Shown here piece by piece: positions 14,476-23,591 of a stretch of DNA of 64,000 bases. A program made the translations under genes and the position numbers. The notes under the pieces are model-generated. The model worked only from the letters and a program-made list of their open reading frames with translations, did not search any database and was not told where the DNA came from. Every line of letters starts with the position of its first letter. Position 1 is the first letter of the stretch. The stretch spans positions 138,930 to 202,929 of the forward strand of contig CAWGEL010000023.1 in assembly GCA_963821595.1 (NCBI GenBank), read 5' to 3'. Source of the stretch: an uncultured Chloroflexia bacterium (GTDB lineage: Bacteria; Chloroflexota; Limnocylindria; Limnocylindrales; CSP1-4).

Positions 14476-15795
14476 CTACCCGAAGATCCGGCGGACCTCG
14501 CGGAGGCCGGCGGCGAGCGCGTCGATGTCCTCGGTCGTGGTGAAGACGGAGAAGCTGGCCCGGACCGTGGCGGCCAGGTCGAGGCGCTCGTGGAGGGGCA
14601 TGGTGCAGTGGTGGCCGGCTCGCACGCAGACGCCGACCCGATCGAGGATCTGGGACACGTCGTGGGGGTGGATGCCGGACAGGTTGAACGGCACGACGCC
14701 GCCGCGAACGTCAGCCGGAGGCCCGTACAGGCTGATGTCCGGCACCTCCCGGCGCAGCGTCTCGAGCGCGTACGCCACCAGCTCGCGCTCGTGGGCGCGG
14801 ACCCGGTCCATGCCGAGGTCCGCAAGGTAGTCGGCAGCGACGCCCAGGCCGATGGCCGCCGAGACGTCCGGCGTGCCGGCCTCGAACTTCCAGGGCAGGT
14901 CGTTCCACTCGCTGCGGCGCAGCCGGACCTCGCGGATCATCTCGCCGCCGGCGAGGAAGGGCGGCATCTCCTCGAGGATCGCGCGCCGCGCCCAGAGGGC
15001 ACCGCTGCCCATGGGGGCCAGCATCTTGTGGCCGGAGAAGGCGTAGAAGTCCGCGTCGAGCGCCTGGACGTCGACCGGCAGGTGCGGCACGGCCTGGGCG
15101 CCGTCGATCAGGACGAGGGCACCGGCCGCGTGGGCCATGTCGACCATCTCGCGGACGGGATTGATCGTGCCCAGCGTGTTCGACACCTGGGTGAACGCGA
15201 CGAGCTTCGGGTGGAGGCGAAGCAGCACCTCGAACACATCGAGGCGGAGGAGCCCGTCATCGGTGATCGGGATGAACTCCAGGTCGCCGTCGACCTCCTG
15301 GACCAGGAGCTGCCACGGCACGAGGTTCGCGTGATGCTCCATCTCCGTCAGGACGATCGCATCGCCCTGGCCCAGGTGGCGTCGGCCCCAGCTGTAGGCG
15401 ACCAGGTTGATCGCCTCGGTGGCGTTCCGGGTGAAGATGACCTCGTGGGGGTCCGGCGCGTTGATGAAGCGCGCCGTGGCGGCCCGGGCGGCCTCGTAGG
15501 CGGCCGTCGCCATCTCGCCGATCTCGTAGATGCCGCGGTGGACGTTGGCGTTGTACTCGCGGTAGTAGCGGTCGACGGCCTCGATCACGACCGCCGGCTT
15601 CTGGCTGGTGGCGGCCGAATCGAGGTAGACCAGGGGCACGCCGTGCGACCGCTGGCCCAGGATGGGGAAATCGGCGCGGAGGGCGTGCGGGTCCAGCGGC
15701 CCGCGCGGATCGGCCGCCGGGCTGGCCGACGCGGTGGCCGGGGTGGCGGCGACGGGTCGGGCGGCCGGGGCGGTTCCCGTGGCGACGTCGGTCAT
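14476..15795 (-). CDS. sufS: Cysteine desulfurase SufS (class V aminotransferase, group II)
   Basis: The translation includes FPILGQ...VYLDSAATSQKP, the PLP lysine in FYAFSGHKMLAPMG, and the active-site Cys region RAGHHCTMPL. The start ATG is at 15795 with an upstream GAGGGA. Confidence 0.9.
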   Translation of the reverse strand: MTDVATGTAPAARPVAATPATASASPAADPRGPLDPHALRADFPILGQRSHGVPLVYLDSAATSQKPAVVIEAVDRYYREYNANVHRGIYEIGEMATAAYEAARAATARFINAPDPHEVIFTRNATEAINLVAYSWGRRHLGQGDAIVLTEMEHHANLVPWQLLVQEVDGDLEFIPITDDGLLRLDVFEVLLRLHPKLVAFTQVSNTLGTINPVREMVDMAHAAGALVLIDGAQAVPHLPVDVQALDADFYAFSGHKMLAPMGSGALWARRAILEEMPPFLAGGEMIREVRLRRSEWNDLPWKFEAGTPDVSAAIGLGVAADYLADLGMDRVRAHERELVAYALETLRREVPDISLYGPPADVRGGVVPFNLSGIHPHDVSQILDRVGVCVRAGHHCTMPLHERLDLAATVRASFSVFTTTEDIDALAAGLREVRRIFG

Positions 15796-15832
15796 GGGAG
15801 CGTTCCCTCGCGCGTCATGGCCTCGAAGGACC

Positions 15833-16723
15833 TCATCGGGCCACCGTGGCGGGCGCCTGCGCGCCGGCAGCCGGCGAGCCGGCCGCCACACCCTCGAGGC
15901 TGTCCGTCTCGTCGGGGTCGTAGCCGGCCTCCTGGAGGACGGGGCCGTAGCCCTGCTCCTCGAGCTCCAGGGCCAGCTCGCGGCCGCCGCTCTTGATGAT
16001 CCGGCCGCGCGCCAGGACATGGACGAAGTCCGGCGTGATGTAGTTGAGCAGGCGCTGGTAGTGGGTGATGAGCAGGACGCCCAGGTTCGGGTTGAGCATC
16101 GCATTCACGCCTTCGGCGACGATGCGCAGGGCGTCGATGTCGAGGCCGCTGTCGGTCTCGTCGAGGATCGCCATCTCCGGCTCCAGGACCGCCATCTGGA
16201 GCATCTCGAGGCGCTTCTTCTCGCCGCCGGAGAAGCCCTCGTTGACGTAGCGGCCGGCCATCGCCTCGTCCATCCGCAGGAGCGCCATCTTGGAGCGCAT
16301 GAGCTTGCGGAACTCGCCCATGGCGATGCCCCCGCGGGTCGGGTCTGTCGGATCGACGTCAGGGTTCGATTCGACCCCCTGGCGGCGGGCGTTCAGGGCA
16401 GTGCGCAGGAAGCTCGCCACCGACAGGCCGGGGATCGCGGTGGGGTACTGGAAGGCGAGGAACATGCCGAGGCGCGCCCGCTTGTCGGGCGAGAGCGCCA
16501 GGATGTCGCGGCCCTTCCAGCGGACCTGCCCCTTGGTGATGACGTACAGGGGATGGCCCATGAGCGCGTAGGCCAGCGTCGTCTTGCCCGAGCCGTTCGG
16601 GCCCATGATCGCGTGGACTTCGCCAGGCCCCACTGTCAGGTCGATCCCCTGGAGGATCGCGGTACCGGGGCTGGCGGCGGGCGCCACGTGAAGGTCACGG
16701 ATCTCGAGGTGCTGGTCGCTCAC
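15833..16723 (-). CDS. sufC: Fe-S cluster assembly ATPase SufC
   Basis: Walker A is [10 protein letters not shown], the signature is FSGGEKKR, and Walker B is [11 protein letters not shown]. SufC-specific context is present (LEIRDLHV..., [10 protein letters not shown]). Confidence 0.9.
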   Translation of the reverse strand: MSDQHLEIRDLHVAPAASPGTAILQGIDLTVGPGEVHAIMGPNGSGKTTLAYALMGHPLYVITKGQVRWKGRDILALSPDKRARLGMFLAFQYPTAIPGLSVASFLRTALNARRQGVESNPDVDPTDPTRGGIAMGEFRKLMRSKMALLRMDEAMAGRYVNEGFSGGEKKRLEMLQMAVLEPEMAILDETDSGLDIDALRIVAEGVNAMLNPNLGVLLITHYQRLLNYITPDFVHVLARGRIIKSGGRELALELEEQGYGPVLQEAGYDPDETDSLEGVAAGSPAAGAQAPATVAR

Positions 16724-16764
16724 GGGTTCGTATGACTCCAGTTCGGTCAGGATGGAAGGAAGGC

Positions 16765-17406
16765 CTAGACGCTCGATCCGGCGGCCACCGGGCCGGCGGC
16801 CACCGGGCCGGCGGCTACCGGCTCCGCCTCGACCGGGCGGGGCCGGAGGTCGATCCGGTGCGGCGCGGGCACCAGGTCGGCGAGGGTCGTCTGCTCCAGG
16901 ACGCCACCGATCGCATCACGGACGCGCACCCACAGCAGGTTCACGGAGCAGGCCCCCAGGCGCTGGCACAGGCCCGCGTCGTGGGGATCCTCCGACGCGC
17001 AGATCATCGGCGCCAGCGGGCCTTCGAGCGCCCGAAGCGCCTCGCTGAGCGTGATCTCTCCGGGTGCTCGCGACAGGGCATACCCGCCGTGCGCGCCCCG
17101 CGTCGAGGCGACCAGGCCGGCTTCGCGCAGCGGGATCGCGAGCTGCTCGAGGTACGCCCGGGGCAGGTCCTCGTCCTGGGCCACCTCGGCGAGCGACACG
17201 GGGATGACGACGTCGCCGCCCCACCGGCGGGCGAGCTGGACGAGCATCCGAACGCCGTATTCGCCCTTCGTGCTGAAGGAGATGGCGCCGCTCGCGTGGA
17301 ACGTTCGAACGCTCAGGGTGGGGCTCCGATCTGGCGGACGGAGGTGCCGGCGGGGACTTCGCGCCGATCCGGCAAGGCCGGCGGGCCTCGCTGGCCGGCT
17401 CGTCAC
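16765..17406 (-). CDS. Rrf2-family transcriptional regulator (IscR/SufR-like position), start codon uncertain
   Basis: The Rrf2 N-terminus [19 protein letters not shown] begins at an ATC codon (17283). The only canonical in-frame start upstream is the GTG at 17406. The wHTH is [28 protein letters not shown]. Three Cys occur in [18 protein letters not shown]. The C-terminus carries the repeat PVAAG x3. Confidence 0.7.
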   Translation of the reverse strand: MTSRPARPAGLAGSARSPRRHLRPPDRSPTLSVRTFHASGAISFSTKGEYGVRMLVQLARRWGGDVVIPVSLAEVAQDEDLPRAYLEQLAIPLREAGLVASTRGAHGGYALSRAPGEITLSEALRALEGPLAPMICASEDPHDAGLCQRLGACSVNLLWVRVRDAIGGVLEQTTLADLVPAPHRIDLRPRPVEAEPVAAGPVAAGPVAAGSSV

Positions 17407-17409
17407 CTA

Positions 17410-17432
17410 ATTCCGACCTTTCTGGTCGGATA
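17410..17432. promoter_or_regulatory. AT-richer palindrome in the Rrf2 / GNAT divergent region (candidate operator)
   Basis: TTCCGACC-TTTCT-GGTCGGAT matches in 7 of 8 arm positions. On the minus strand a TAAGAT -10-like hexamer sits just upstream. This is the only AT-rich patch in the intergenic region. Confidence 0.4.
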
Positions 17433-17531
17433 TCTTACGTCGCGGCGCGTCGGAGCGTCAACGCGAGGGCGGAGCCGGCCGAGCGCGGCGCCCGTCGCGC
17501 GACGAGCCCCGGCAGCGCGGCCGCGGGACCC

Positions 17532-18593
17532 GTGCTGCGTCGGGGCCGCGCATCCCCACCTCCGGCAGCGCAGAATCGGCTCGTGCCCGTCCCGACCCAA
17601 GCATCGCCGGTTCCCGGCGCCCACTGGCGCCACCTCGATCCCGATCGCGACGTCGACGCCTACGTCCGCCTCCTCGAGGCGTCGCGGACGGCCGACCTGG
17701 GTGCCGAGGTCACGACCGCGGAGATCGCTCGCCGCGCCCTGACCGATCCGCTCGCGCCACCGGAGACGAACGTCATCGGGCTCGTGGATGGCGACGGCAA
17801 CCTGCTCGGCATGGCCCGCGTGGACGAACGGCTGCGGGGCGACAGCTCCCGTCGCGCGTTCGTGTGGGGCACGACCCATCCGGCCTACCGCGGCCTCGGC
17901 ATCGGCACGACGCTGGCCGGCTGGGCCGTCGCGCGCGCGGCCGAAGTCCTCTGCGCGGCACCCGCCGACCTGCCCCGCTACATCGAGACGTTCCTCGACG
18001 CACCCCTGGTGCACGCCCGACGGGTCTACGAGTGCCTCGGCCTGCGGGTTGTCCGCTGGTACGCGGACATGCAGCGCGACCTGTCCGAGCCGCTCCCACC
18101 GATGCCCGCCCTGGGCAGTGCCCGGATCGTCCCGTATTCCGCGGCCGAGCCGGAGGCGATCCGAGCGGCCCACAACAAGGCGTTCGCCGACCACTGGGGC
18201 TCGGAGCCGATCCCGCAGGACCTCTGGGCGCGCGACGTCGTCAACGACCCGAGCTTCCGCCCGGACCTCTCGTTCGCCGCCATGGACGGCGACGAGGTGG
18301 CGGGCTACAGCATCGACTGGGTCGCTGAGGCCGACTGGGCGGCGACCGGCGTGCGCGACGGCTGGATCGGGTCGCTCGGAGTCCGCCGCGCGTGGCGGAA
18401 GCGGGGCCTGGCCACGGGCCTCCTGATCGCCGCGCTGGAGGCCTTCCGCGGGGCCGGCCTGGACGCGGCCACCCTGGGTGTGGACATGGAGAACCCGACC
18501 GGCGCCGTCGGCATCTACGAGCGGGTGGGCTTCCGGGCGATCCGTCGCTTCGTCCGCCTGCGCGCACGGGTCGAAGAGGTCGACCTCCCGTGA
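17532..18593 (+). CDS. Tandem-GNAT N-acetyltransferase (mycothiol synthase MshD-like architecture)
   Basis: Two GNAT domains each carry an acetyl-CoA motif (YRGLGIGTTLAGWAV and RKRGLATGLLIAALEAF). The N-terminal boundary is uncertain. Confidence 0.6.
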   Translation: MLRRGRASPPPAAQNRLVPVPTQASPVPGAHWRHLDPDRDVDAYVRLLEASRTADLGAEVTTAEIARRALTDPLAPPETNVIGLVDGDGNLLGMARVDERLRGDSSRRAFVWGTTHPAYRGLGIGTTLAGWAVARAAEVLCAAPADLPRYIETFLDAPLVHARRVYECLGLRVVRWYADMQRDLSEPLPPMPALGSARIVPYSAAEPEAIRAAHNKAFADHWGSEPIPQDLWARDVVNDPSFRPDLSFAAMDGDEVAGYSIDWVAEADWAATGVRDGWIGSLGVRRAWRKRGLATGLLIAALEAFRGAGLDAATLGVDMENPTGAVGIYERVGFRAIRRFVRLRARVEEVDLP

Positions 18594-19087
18594 CCATTGC
18601 CGTCCGCGAGGCATTGCCGGGCGAGTACGCCCGGTTGGGGGAACTGGTCGTCGCCGCATACCGGTCCCTCCCCGAGTTCGACGAACCCGAGTACGAGGTG
18701 GAGCTTCGCGACGTCGCGCGCCAGGCCCGCGAGGCCGTCGTGCTGGCTGCCCTCGACGCGGAGACGGGGGCGGTCACCGGCTGCGCGACATACGTGCCGG
18801 GTCCCGAGAGCCCGTGGGCCGAGCTGCTGGGGCCAGGCGAGGTCGGGATCCGCATGCTGGCCGTCGACCCTGGCGACCGGGGCCGTGGTGCGGGGACCGC
18901 CCTGGCTCGAGCCTGCGTGGACCGGGCGCGCACGGAGGGCCGGCGACGGGTCGTCCTTCACACGCTCTCGTTCATGACCTCGGCCCAGCGGATCTACCGG
19001 AGTCTCGGATTCAAGGAGATCCCCGACCGGACCTGGGAACCCGAGCCCGGCATCCGGCTGCTGGCATTCGGCCTCGACCTGACCTGA
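18590..19087 (+). CDS. GNAT-family N-acetyltransferase
   Basis: The GTG start overlaps the preceding stop (GTGA). The motif is MLAVDPGDRGRGAGTALARACVDRA. Confidence 0.75.
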   Translation: MTIAVREALPGEYARLGELVVAAYRSLPEFDEPEYEVELRDVARQAREAVVLAALDAETGAVTGCATYVPGPESPWAELLGPGEVGIRMLAVDPGDRGRGAGTALARACVDRARTEGRRRVVLHTLSFMTSAQRIYRSLGFKEIPDRTWEPEPGIRLLAFGLDLT

Positions 19088-19129
19088 GTCGCGCAGCCTG
19101 GAACTCCCGTTGGGGTTCCGCGGCCCGCG

Positions 19130-20074
19130 CTATCCCTCCGGGGCCGGGTGCACGGCGGCCCAACGCTCGACGATCGCGTCCAGGCGATCGAACGCGACGC
19201 CGGGCATCTCCAGCGCCGCCCGCAGCACGCGCTCCAGCATCGCGATCCGCCCGCCTCGGCCGATGCACTCTGGGTGCATCGTGTAGGTGACCACTCCGCC
19301 CGGAGCGTGGGCATGGGCGTAGCGCAGCTCGCCGAGCCAGATCTCCTCCACCGCTGATGGTGCCGCGGAGCCGCTTCCCCCGCGCGACGGCTGGAAGTGC
19401 GGCCAGTCGTCGAGCTGGTGGCTGATCGGCACCTCGACCAGGCGGCCCGCGTGCCCGAGCACCGATCCCTCGACCGAGTGCGCGTCGCCGTGCCGGATCC
19501 GGTCCAGCCGGAAGTCGTCCCAGGCGAGCGAGCTGTCGTAGGCGAAGCCTGACTCCTCGACGATCGCCAGCGTCCGCTCGGAGAGCGACCAGTCGGGCGC
19601 CCGGAAGCCGGCCGGTGCCACTCCCCAGGCGGCGCCGATCGCATCCCGTGATCGCAGGATGACGTCGCGCTCGGCCGGCTCATCCATGCCGGCGAGGTCC
19701 TCGTGCGCCCAGCCGTGGCAGCCCAGCTCGTGGCCGGAGGCGGCGATCGCGGCCACGCTGGCCGGGAACGTCCGTGCCGTATGGGCCGGCACGAAGAAGG
19801 TGGCGCGCACGCCGAGCCGGCGGAGGAGGTCCAGGATGCGCGGCACACCGACCCGAACGCCGAACTCGCCGATGCTTCGATCGAACGGACCGAGCCCTCG
19901 CTCGACCGCGGAGCTGATGGCGTCGTGGTCGAAGGTGAGGGCGATCGTCAGGCGCGGTGGCTCCTGGGCGGAGACGGGCGCGGGCGACGGCTGGGGCTCA
20001 CCGGATGGCGCCCGGGCAGGCATCGGCGCGGCCGCGAAGCCGGACAGGCCCCGCAGGAACGACGGCTCGGGCAT
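19130..20074 (-). CDS. Polysaccharide deacetylase (NodB-homology / PuuE-like) family protein
   Basis: The translation includes LTFDHDA..., ATFFVPAHTA, GHELGCHGWAHE and FRAPDWSLS. The start is ATG 20074. Confidence 0.75.
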   Translation of the reverse strand: MPEPSFLRGLSGFAAAPMPARAPSGEPQPSPAPVSAQEPPRLTIALTFDHDAISSAVERGLGPFDRSIGEFGVRVGVPRILDLLRRLGVRATFFVPAHTARTFPASVAAIAASGHELGCHGWAHEDLAGMDEPAERDVILRSRDAIGAAWGVAPAGFRAPDWSLSERTLAIVEESGFAYDSSLAWDDFRLDRIRHGDAHSVEGSVLGHAGRLVEVPISHQLDDWPHFQPSRGGSGSAAPSAVEEIWLGELRYAHAHAPGGVVTYTMHPECIGRGGRIAMLERVLRAALEMPGVAFDRLDAIVERWAAVHPAPEG

Positions 20075-20160
20075 CGGGTGGGCTCCCGGATGATCGGGCC
20101 GGCCCGGCCGCGCGACCGGGCCGACGAGGGAACGCGGCCGGCTCCCTGGCCGGCGGATGC

Positions 20161-20868
20161 TCAGCGGCGGCCGTTGCCGCCGAAGAGCCGAAGCATGAAC
20201 AGGAACAGGTTGATGAAGTCGAGGTACAGCTTGAAGGCGCCGAAGACGGCGGCCTTCTCCATCGAGCCGAGCCAGGCCGCCAGGCCGCCGCTCTGGATCA
20301 GCTGCACGTCGTACGCGGTGAGGGCGGTGAAGATCACGACGCCGGCGATCGAGATCGCGAAGCTCAGCGTGCTCCAGCCGACGAACATGTTGATGACGAT
20401 CGCGACGATGAGCCCGATCAGGCCCATGAAGAGGTAGGCGCCGATCTTGCTGAGGTCGCGCCGGGTCACCGCGCCGTAGAAGGCGGCCCCCGCGAAGACG
20501 CCCGCCGCAGACGAGCCCGCGGCCAGGACACTGCCGAGCTCGTACGTCTGCAGCAACAGGCCCAGCGTCGCCCCCGACACCGCCGCGTAGACGAAGAACA
20601 GCAGCAGGCCGAGCGTGGCCGACATCCGCCGGATGCCGAGCATCAGCGCGAACCCGAGGACGAACTGGGCGATGACGGCCGGGAAGAAGAGGCTGTCGAC
20701 CTGGCTGGTCGGGAGGCTCGAAACGACGACGCCGACGCCCGTCGTGAGGAGCAGGCCCAGGAACATCCAGAAGAAGGCCTGGGTGAGGAACGCCTGGGCC
20801 AGGCGAGCATCCGGCCGGACACCGACCCGGCTGGGCGCCGCGAAGCCGCCAAAGTTGCCGTTGAACAT
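20161..20868 (-). CDS. Bax-inhibitor-1/YccA-family membrane protein
   Basis: It has seven hydrophobic segments and the motifs FLTQAFFWMFLGLLLT and FGAFKLYLDFINLFLFMLRLFG. The start is ATG 20868. Confidence 0.8.
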   Translation of the reverse strand: MFNGNFGGFAAPSRVGVRPDARLAQAFLTQAFFWMFLGLLLTTGVGVVVSSLPTSQVDSLFFPAVIAQFVLGFALMLGIRRMSATLGLLLFFVYAAVSGATLGLLLQTYELGSVLAAGSSAAGVFAGAAFYGAVTRRDLSKIGAYLFMGLIGLIVAIVINMFVGWSTLSFAISIAGVVIFTALTAYDVQLIQSGGLAAWLGSMEKAAVFGAFKLYLDFINLFLFMLRLFGGNGRR

Positions 20869-21004
20869 TGCGCTTTCGTTCTCCAAGTGAACGGGCCGGA
20901 CGATGGCCCGTGACAGTCCATTCTGATGGTTGTGCGGGAGAGCGCAAGCGTGCCCCCGCGAGCGCGACGCCGGCGTTCCTGGCGCCGCGTCTGGCCGCGT
21001 CGGG

Positions 21005-21706
21005 TCAGCCGTCGGTGGCCGGCGGGGCTTCCTCCGCGGCGTGGCGCCGGCGGCGGCCCGGTCGGGCGGGCGCGGACTGGCGGGCTTCGGCCCGCTCGGC
21101 GGCCCTGGCCAGGACCCACAGGAGGTCTGCCAGCCGGTTGAGGTAGGGCAGCAGGCCGTCGCCCGGCACGAGGCCGGCCCGGCGCAGCCCGACGGCGCGT
21201 CGCTCCGCCCGCCGCACGATCGTCCGGGCGAGCTCCAGCGCGGCGCTGGTGCGGGTCTCGCCGGGCACCACGAACTCGGAGGGCAATTCGACCCGCGCTT
21301 CGTAGTCGGCCAGCAGGCCGTCGAGGCGTTTGACCATCGCCGCCGAGACTTGGGTGGTGCCCTCGGCCAACCGGTCGCGAGCGGCTGGGTTCGCCGCCAG
21401 CTCCGCGCCTGCCACGAACAGCGCACGCTGGAGCTCGAGGACCAGCCCGGCGAGCTCCTCGAGCGCCGGCGGCAGCACGTCGAGGCCGCGGCGGACGGTC
21501 AGCTCGGCCCGGGCGATGCCAAGGGCAGCCACGGCTTCGTCGATCGTCCCGTAGGCCTCGACTCGCAGGTCGTCCTTCTCGACGCGTTCGCCGCCGAAGA
21601 GCAGGCCGGTCGTGCCGTCATCGCCCTTTCGGGTCGAGATGGATCGTGGGCCGGATGCCGCGGAGCGGGGAGGGCCGGGGGTTCGGGACGCGCGCGCTCC
21701 GGTCAC
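21005..21706 (-). CDS. PduO-type ATP:cob(I)alamin adenosyltransferase
   Basis: The translation includes TRKGDDGTTGLLFGGERV...D.RVEAYGTIDE and the ELPSEFVVPGETRTSAALELART...YLNRLADLLWVLAR region. The GTG start overlaps the sufT stop (GTGA at 21703-21706). Confidence 0.8.
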   Translation of the reverse strand: MTGARASRTPGPPRSAASGPRSISTRKGDDGTTGLLFGGERVEKDDLRVEAYGTIDEAVAALGIARAELTVRRGLDVLPPALEELAGLVLELQRALFVAGAELAANPAARDRLAEGTTQVSAAMVKRLDGLLADYEARVELPSEFVVPGETRTSAALELARTIVRRAERRAVGLRRAGLVPGDGLLPYLNRLADLLWVLARAAERAEARQSAPARPGRRRRHAAEEAPPATDG

Positions 21707-22053
21707 CACATGAGACCCGCGTCGCGCGGGTCCCAGCGTTCGGCGAGGAGGGTGATCTTCACCGGGTGGTCGAGGACGCTCTCCGCCTCCTCCTTGACCT
21801 GGGCGATCATCGACCCGGCATAGGGGCAGAACGGGGTCGTCAGGATCATCTTGATCTCCGACTCCTGCTCGCCCAGCACGACCTGCTTGATCAGCGCCAG
21901 CTCCACCACGTTCATCCCGATCTCCGGATCGACGACATTGCGGAGGGCGTCGAGGACCGCGAGCTCCTTCGCCCTGCGCTCGGGGTCGAACGCGGGCGAC
22001 GCTGCGGGGGCGGTGGGGTCGGGGATCTGCGTCGTGGTGCGGGGTTCGGTCAT
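21703..22053 (-). CDS. sufT: DUF59/MIP18-family Fe-S assembly protein (SufT-like)
   Basis: The translation includes VLDALRNVVDPEIGMNVVELALI...MILTTPFCPYAGSM, a typical DUF59 motif with the conserved Cys. Confidence 0.8.
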   Translation of the reverse strand: MTEPRTTTQIPDPTAPAASPAFDPERRAKELAVLDALRNVVDPEIGMNVVELALIKQVVLGEQESEIKMILTTPFCPYAGSMIAQVKEEAESVLDHPVKITLLAERWDPRDAGLMW

Positions 22054-22240
22054 GGCGGCTCAAGCGCTCCTTGTGCCGGAAGAGGGTACCAGAGATCGAC
22101 CGAATGATGAGCGCGCAGGTCGGAATTGACGGCGCCCGATGGCGCACCGATCCTGGTTGGCGTCTCCGTCGATCCGTCGCGCTCGGCTTGGCGTCGCCCG
22201 CGGGCCCCGGGCCCAACCGGCCGGGGTCCAGCCGCGTGGC

Positions 22241-22570
22241 TCAGGCGGTCTTCGCCGGTGCCGCGACCACGACGCCGGGCCGGAGGTACTGCTCGGGAAG
22301 CGCCGCGGCCTCCTCGGCCGTGTAGCCGGGCCCGCGCAACGTGCCGTCCTCGTCGAAGAAGTCCGCGAACCGGTCGCGATGGTCGGCCGCGTAGCAGAAG
22401 GCGGCCGCCACGCCCATCGTCCGCAGCTCCGGGTGGTCGGTCAGGATCCGCGTCAGGTCGTAGCCGTTCGAGCGCATCTCCAGGAGCTGGCGCACGGTCA
22501 GGCGGCTGCCATAGCAGAACGGCTCGCCGTTCATGACCAGCGGATCGGACTGGACCCATTTGATCGTCAT
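22241..22570 (-). CDS. DUF433-domain protein
   Basis: The translation includes MNGEPFCYGSRLTVRQLLEMRSNGYDLTRILTDHPELRTMGVAAAFCYAA, which matches the DUF433 HTH-like pattern. Confidence 0.65.
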   Translation of the reverse strand: MTIKWVQSDPLVMNGEPFCYGSRLTVRQLLEMRSNGYDLTRILTDHPELRTMGVAAAFCYAADHRDRFADFFDEDGTLRGPGYTAEEAAALPEQYLRPGVVVAAPAKTA

Positions 22571-22573
22571 CGG

Positions 22574-23056
22574 TCAGCCGCCCCGGTAGAGTGCGGCGAC
22601 GAAGCGACGGGGCTTCTTGCCGTCGCCGGCAAGGCGGCGGTGCCAGCGCAGGACCTCGCCGGCGGCGTCGATCGCCGCGTCGGCCGGCACGCGCTCATTC
22701 GTGGCCAGCACGGCTCCCATCGATGCCCGAAGACCCTCGGCCAGGGTGATCACGTCGTCGAGCGGCACCTGCCGGCGCCGATAGACCGGTGTGACCCACT
22801 CCGCCCACTCGCGGAGCGGCCGGACGTCGTCGGCGGCCACGCAGAGCGCAAGGCGGTCGACGATCACCTCCGTGTCGCGGAGGAGGTGGCGAAGGCCATC
22901 CTCGCCGGCCCGGTCGCGAAGCGTCGGGTCGCGGTCGAGGGCGGTCTCCAGGGCTCGTGCACCCAGGCGCGCGGCGCTCGCGCGGAGGCGCTCCGCCGCC
23001 CCCGGGAAGCCGGCCGTCTCGTCGAGCGGGGGAAGCCCCAGGCTGGGATGGCTCAC
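22574..23056 (-). CDS. Hypothetical all-helical protein
   Basis: The GTG is at 23056, giving 160 aa of non-junk composition (DTEVIVDRLALCVAADDVRPLREWAEWVTPVYRRRQVPLDDVITLAEGL). It ends 3 nt before the DUF433 gene start. No family was recognised. Confidence 0.45.
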   Translation of the reverse strand: MSHPSLGLPPLDETAGFPGAAERLRASAARLGARALETALDRDPTLRDRAGEDGLRHLLRDTEVIVDRLALCVAADDVRPLREWAEWVTPVYRRRQVPLDDVITLAEGLRASMGAVLATNERVPADAAIDAAGEVLRWHRRLAGDGKKPRRFVAALYRGG

Positions 23057-23591
23057 GGCCCGCAGTCTACCCGAGCGGCCTCCGGCGGTGGAGACCGGGC
23101 TCGGCCGACGCGGGCAGCGGGCGGCCGCCTCCGGCGGGCGCACCTTCCGGCGCGGCGCGACTTCCGCGCGGTGCGGCGCGGCGCGACTTTCCGGCGCGGC
23201 TGCCGTTCCGGTGCGGCGCGGCTGCCGTTCCGGTGCGGCGCGACTTCCGCGCGGCGTGGCCGCCGGTACCCGGACGAGCGCCGGGCGCCTGGACGAGCGA
23301 CGGCATCCCGGCTGCCGTTCCGGCAATCTTTCATGCGCTCGGCCGCGGCTCCCGAGTCCTCCGCATGGAACCGCAGCCGGAGTGGGCACAGATCCATGCG
23401 CTCGGCTGGGCCGCGCGCGTGGCCACGCTGCGGCCGGGCCTGACTGACGCGTGGTTGCCCCGCGGCCAGGGCGAGCTGACCGGGCGAACGCACAGATCAT
23501 TGCCGGAACGGTCGGCCGGAGCGGCTCGCGGAGCGGCCCGCGACGGCCCCGACACGGCCCCGACACGGGCCGGGCGACGGCCGGCGCTACG

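Noticed and set aside
21005-21706. The PduO-type adenosyltransferase as a satellite component of the BMC locus.
   Set aside because: It lies 14 kb away and is separated from the locus by unrelated operons. It has no encapsulation-peptide-like helix and linker, and it is coupled to sufT. The SPU-type chemistry inferred here does not need B12.
22241-23056. A DUF433 gene plus upstream helical protein as a toxin-antitoxin pair.
   Set aside because: No PIN, DUF5615 or other toxin-like partner is recognisable. The upstream 160-aa protein shows no nuclease motifs. The evidence is insufficient.
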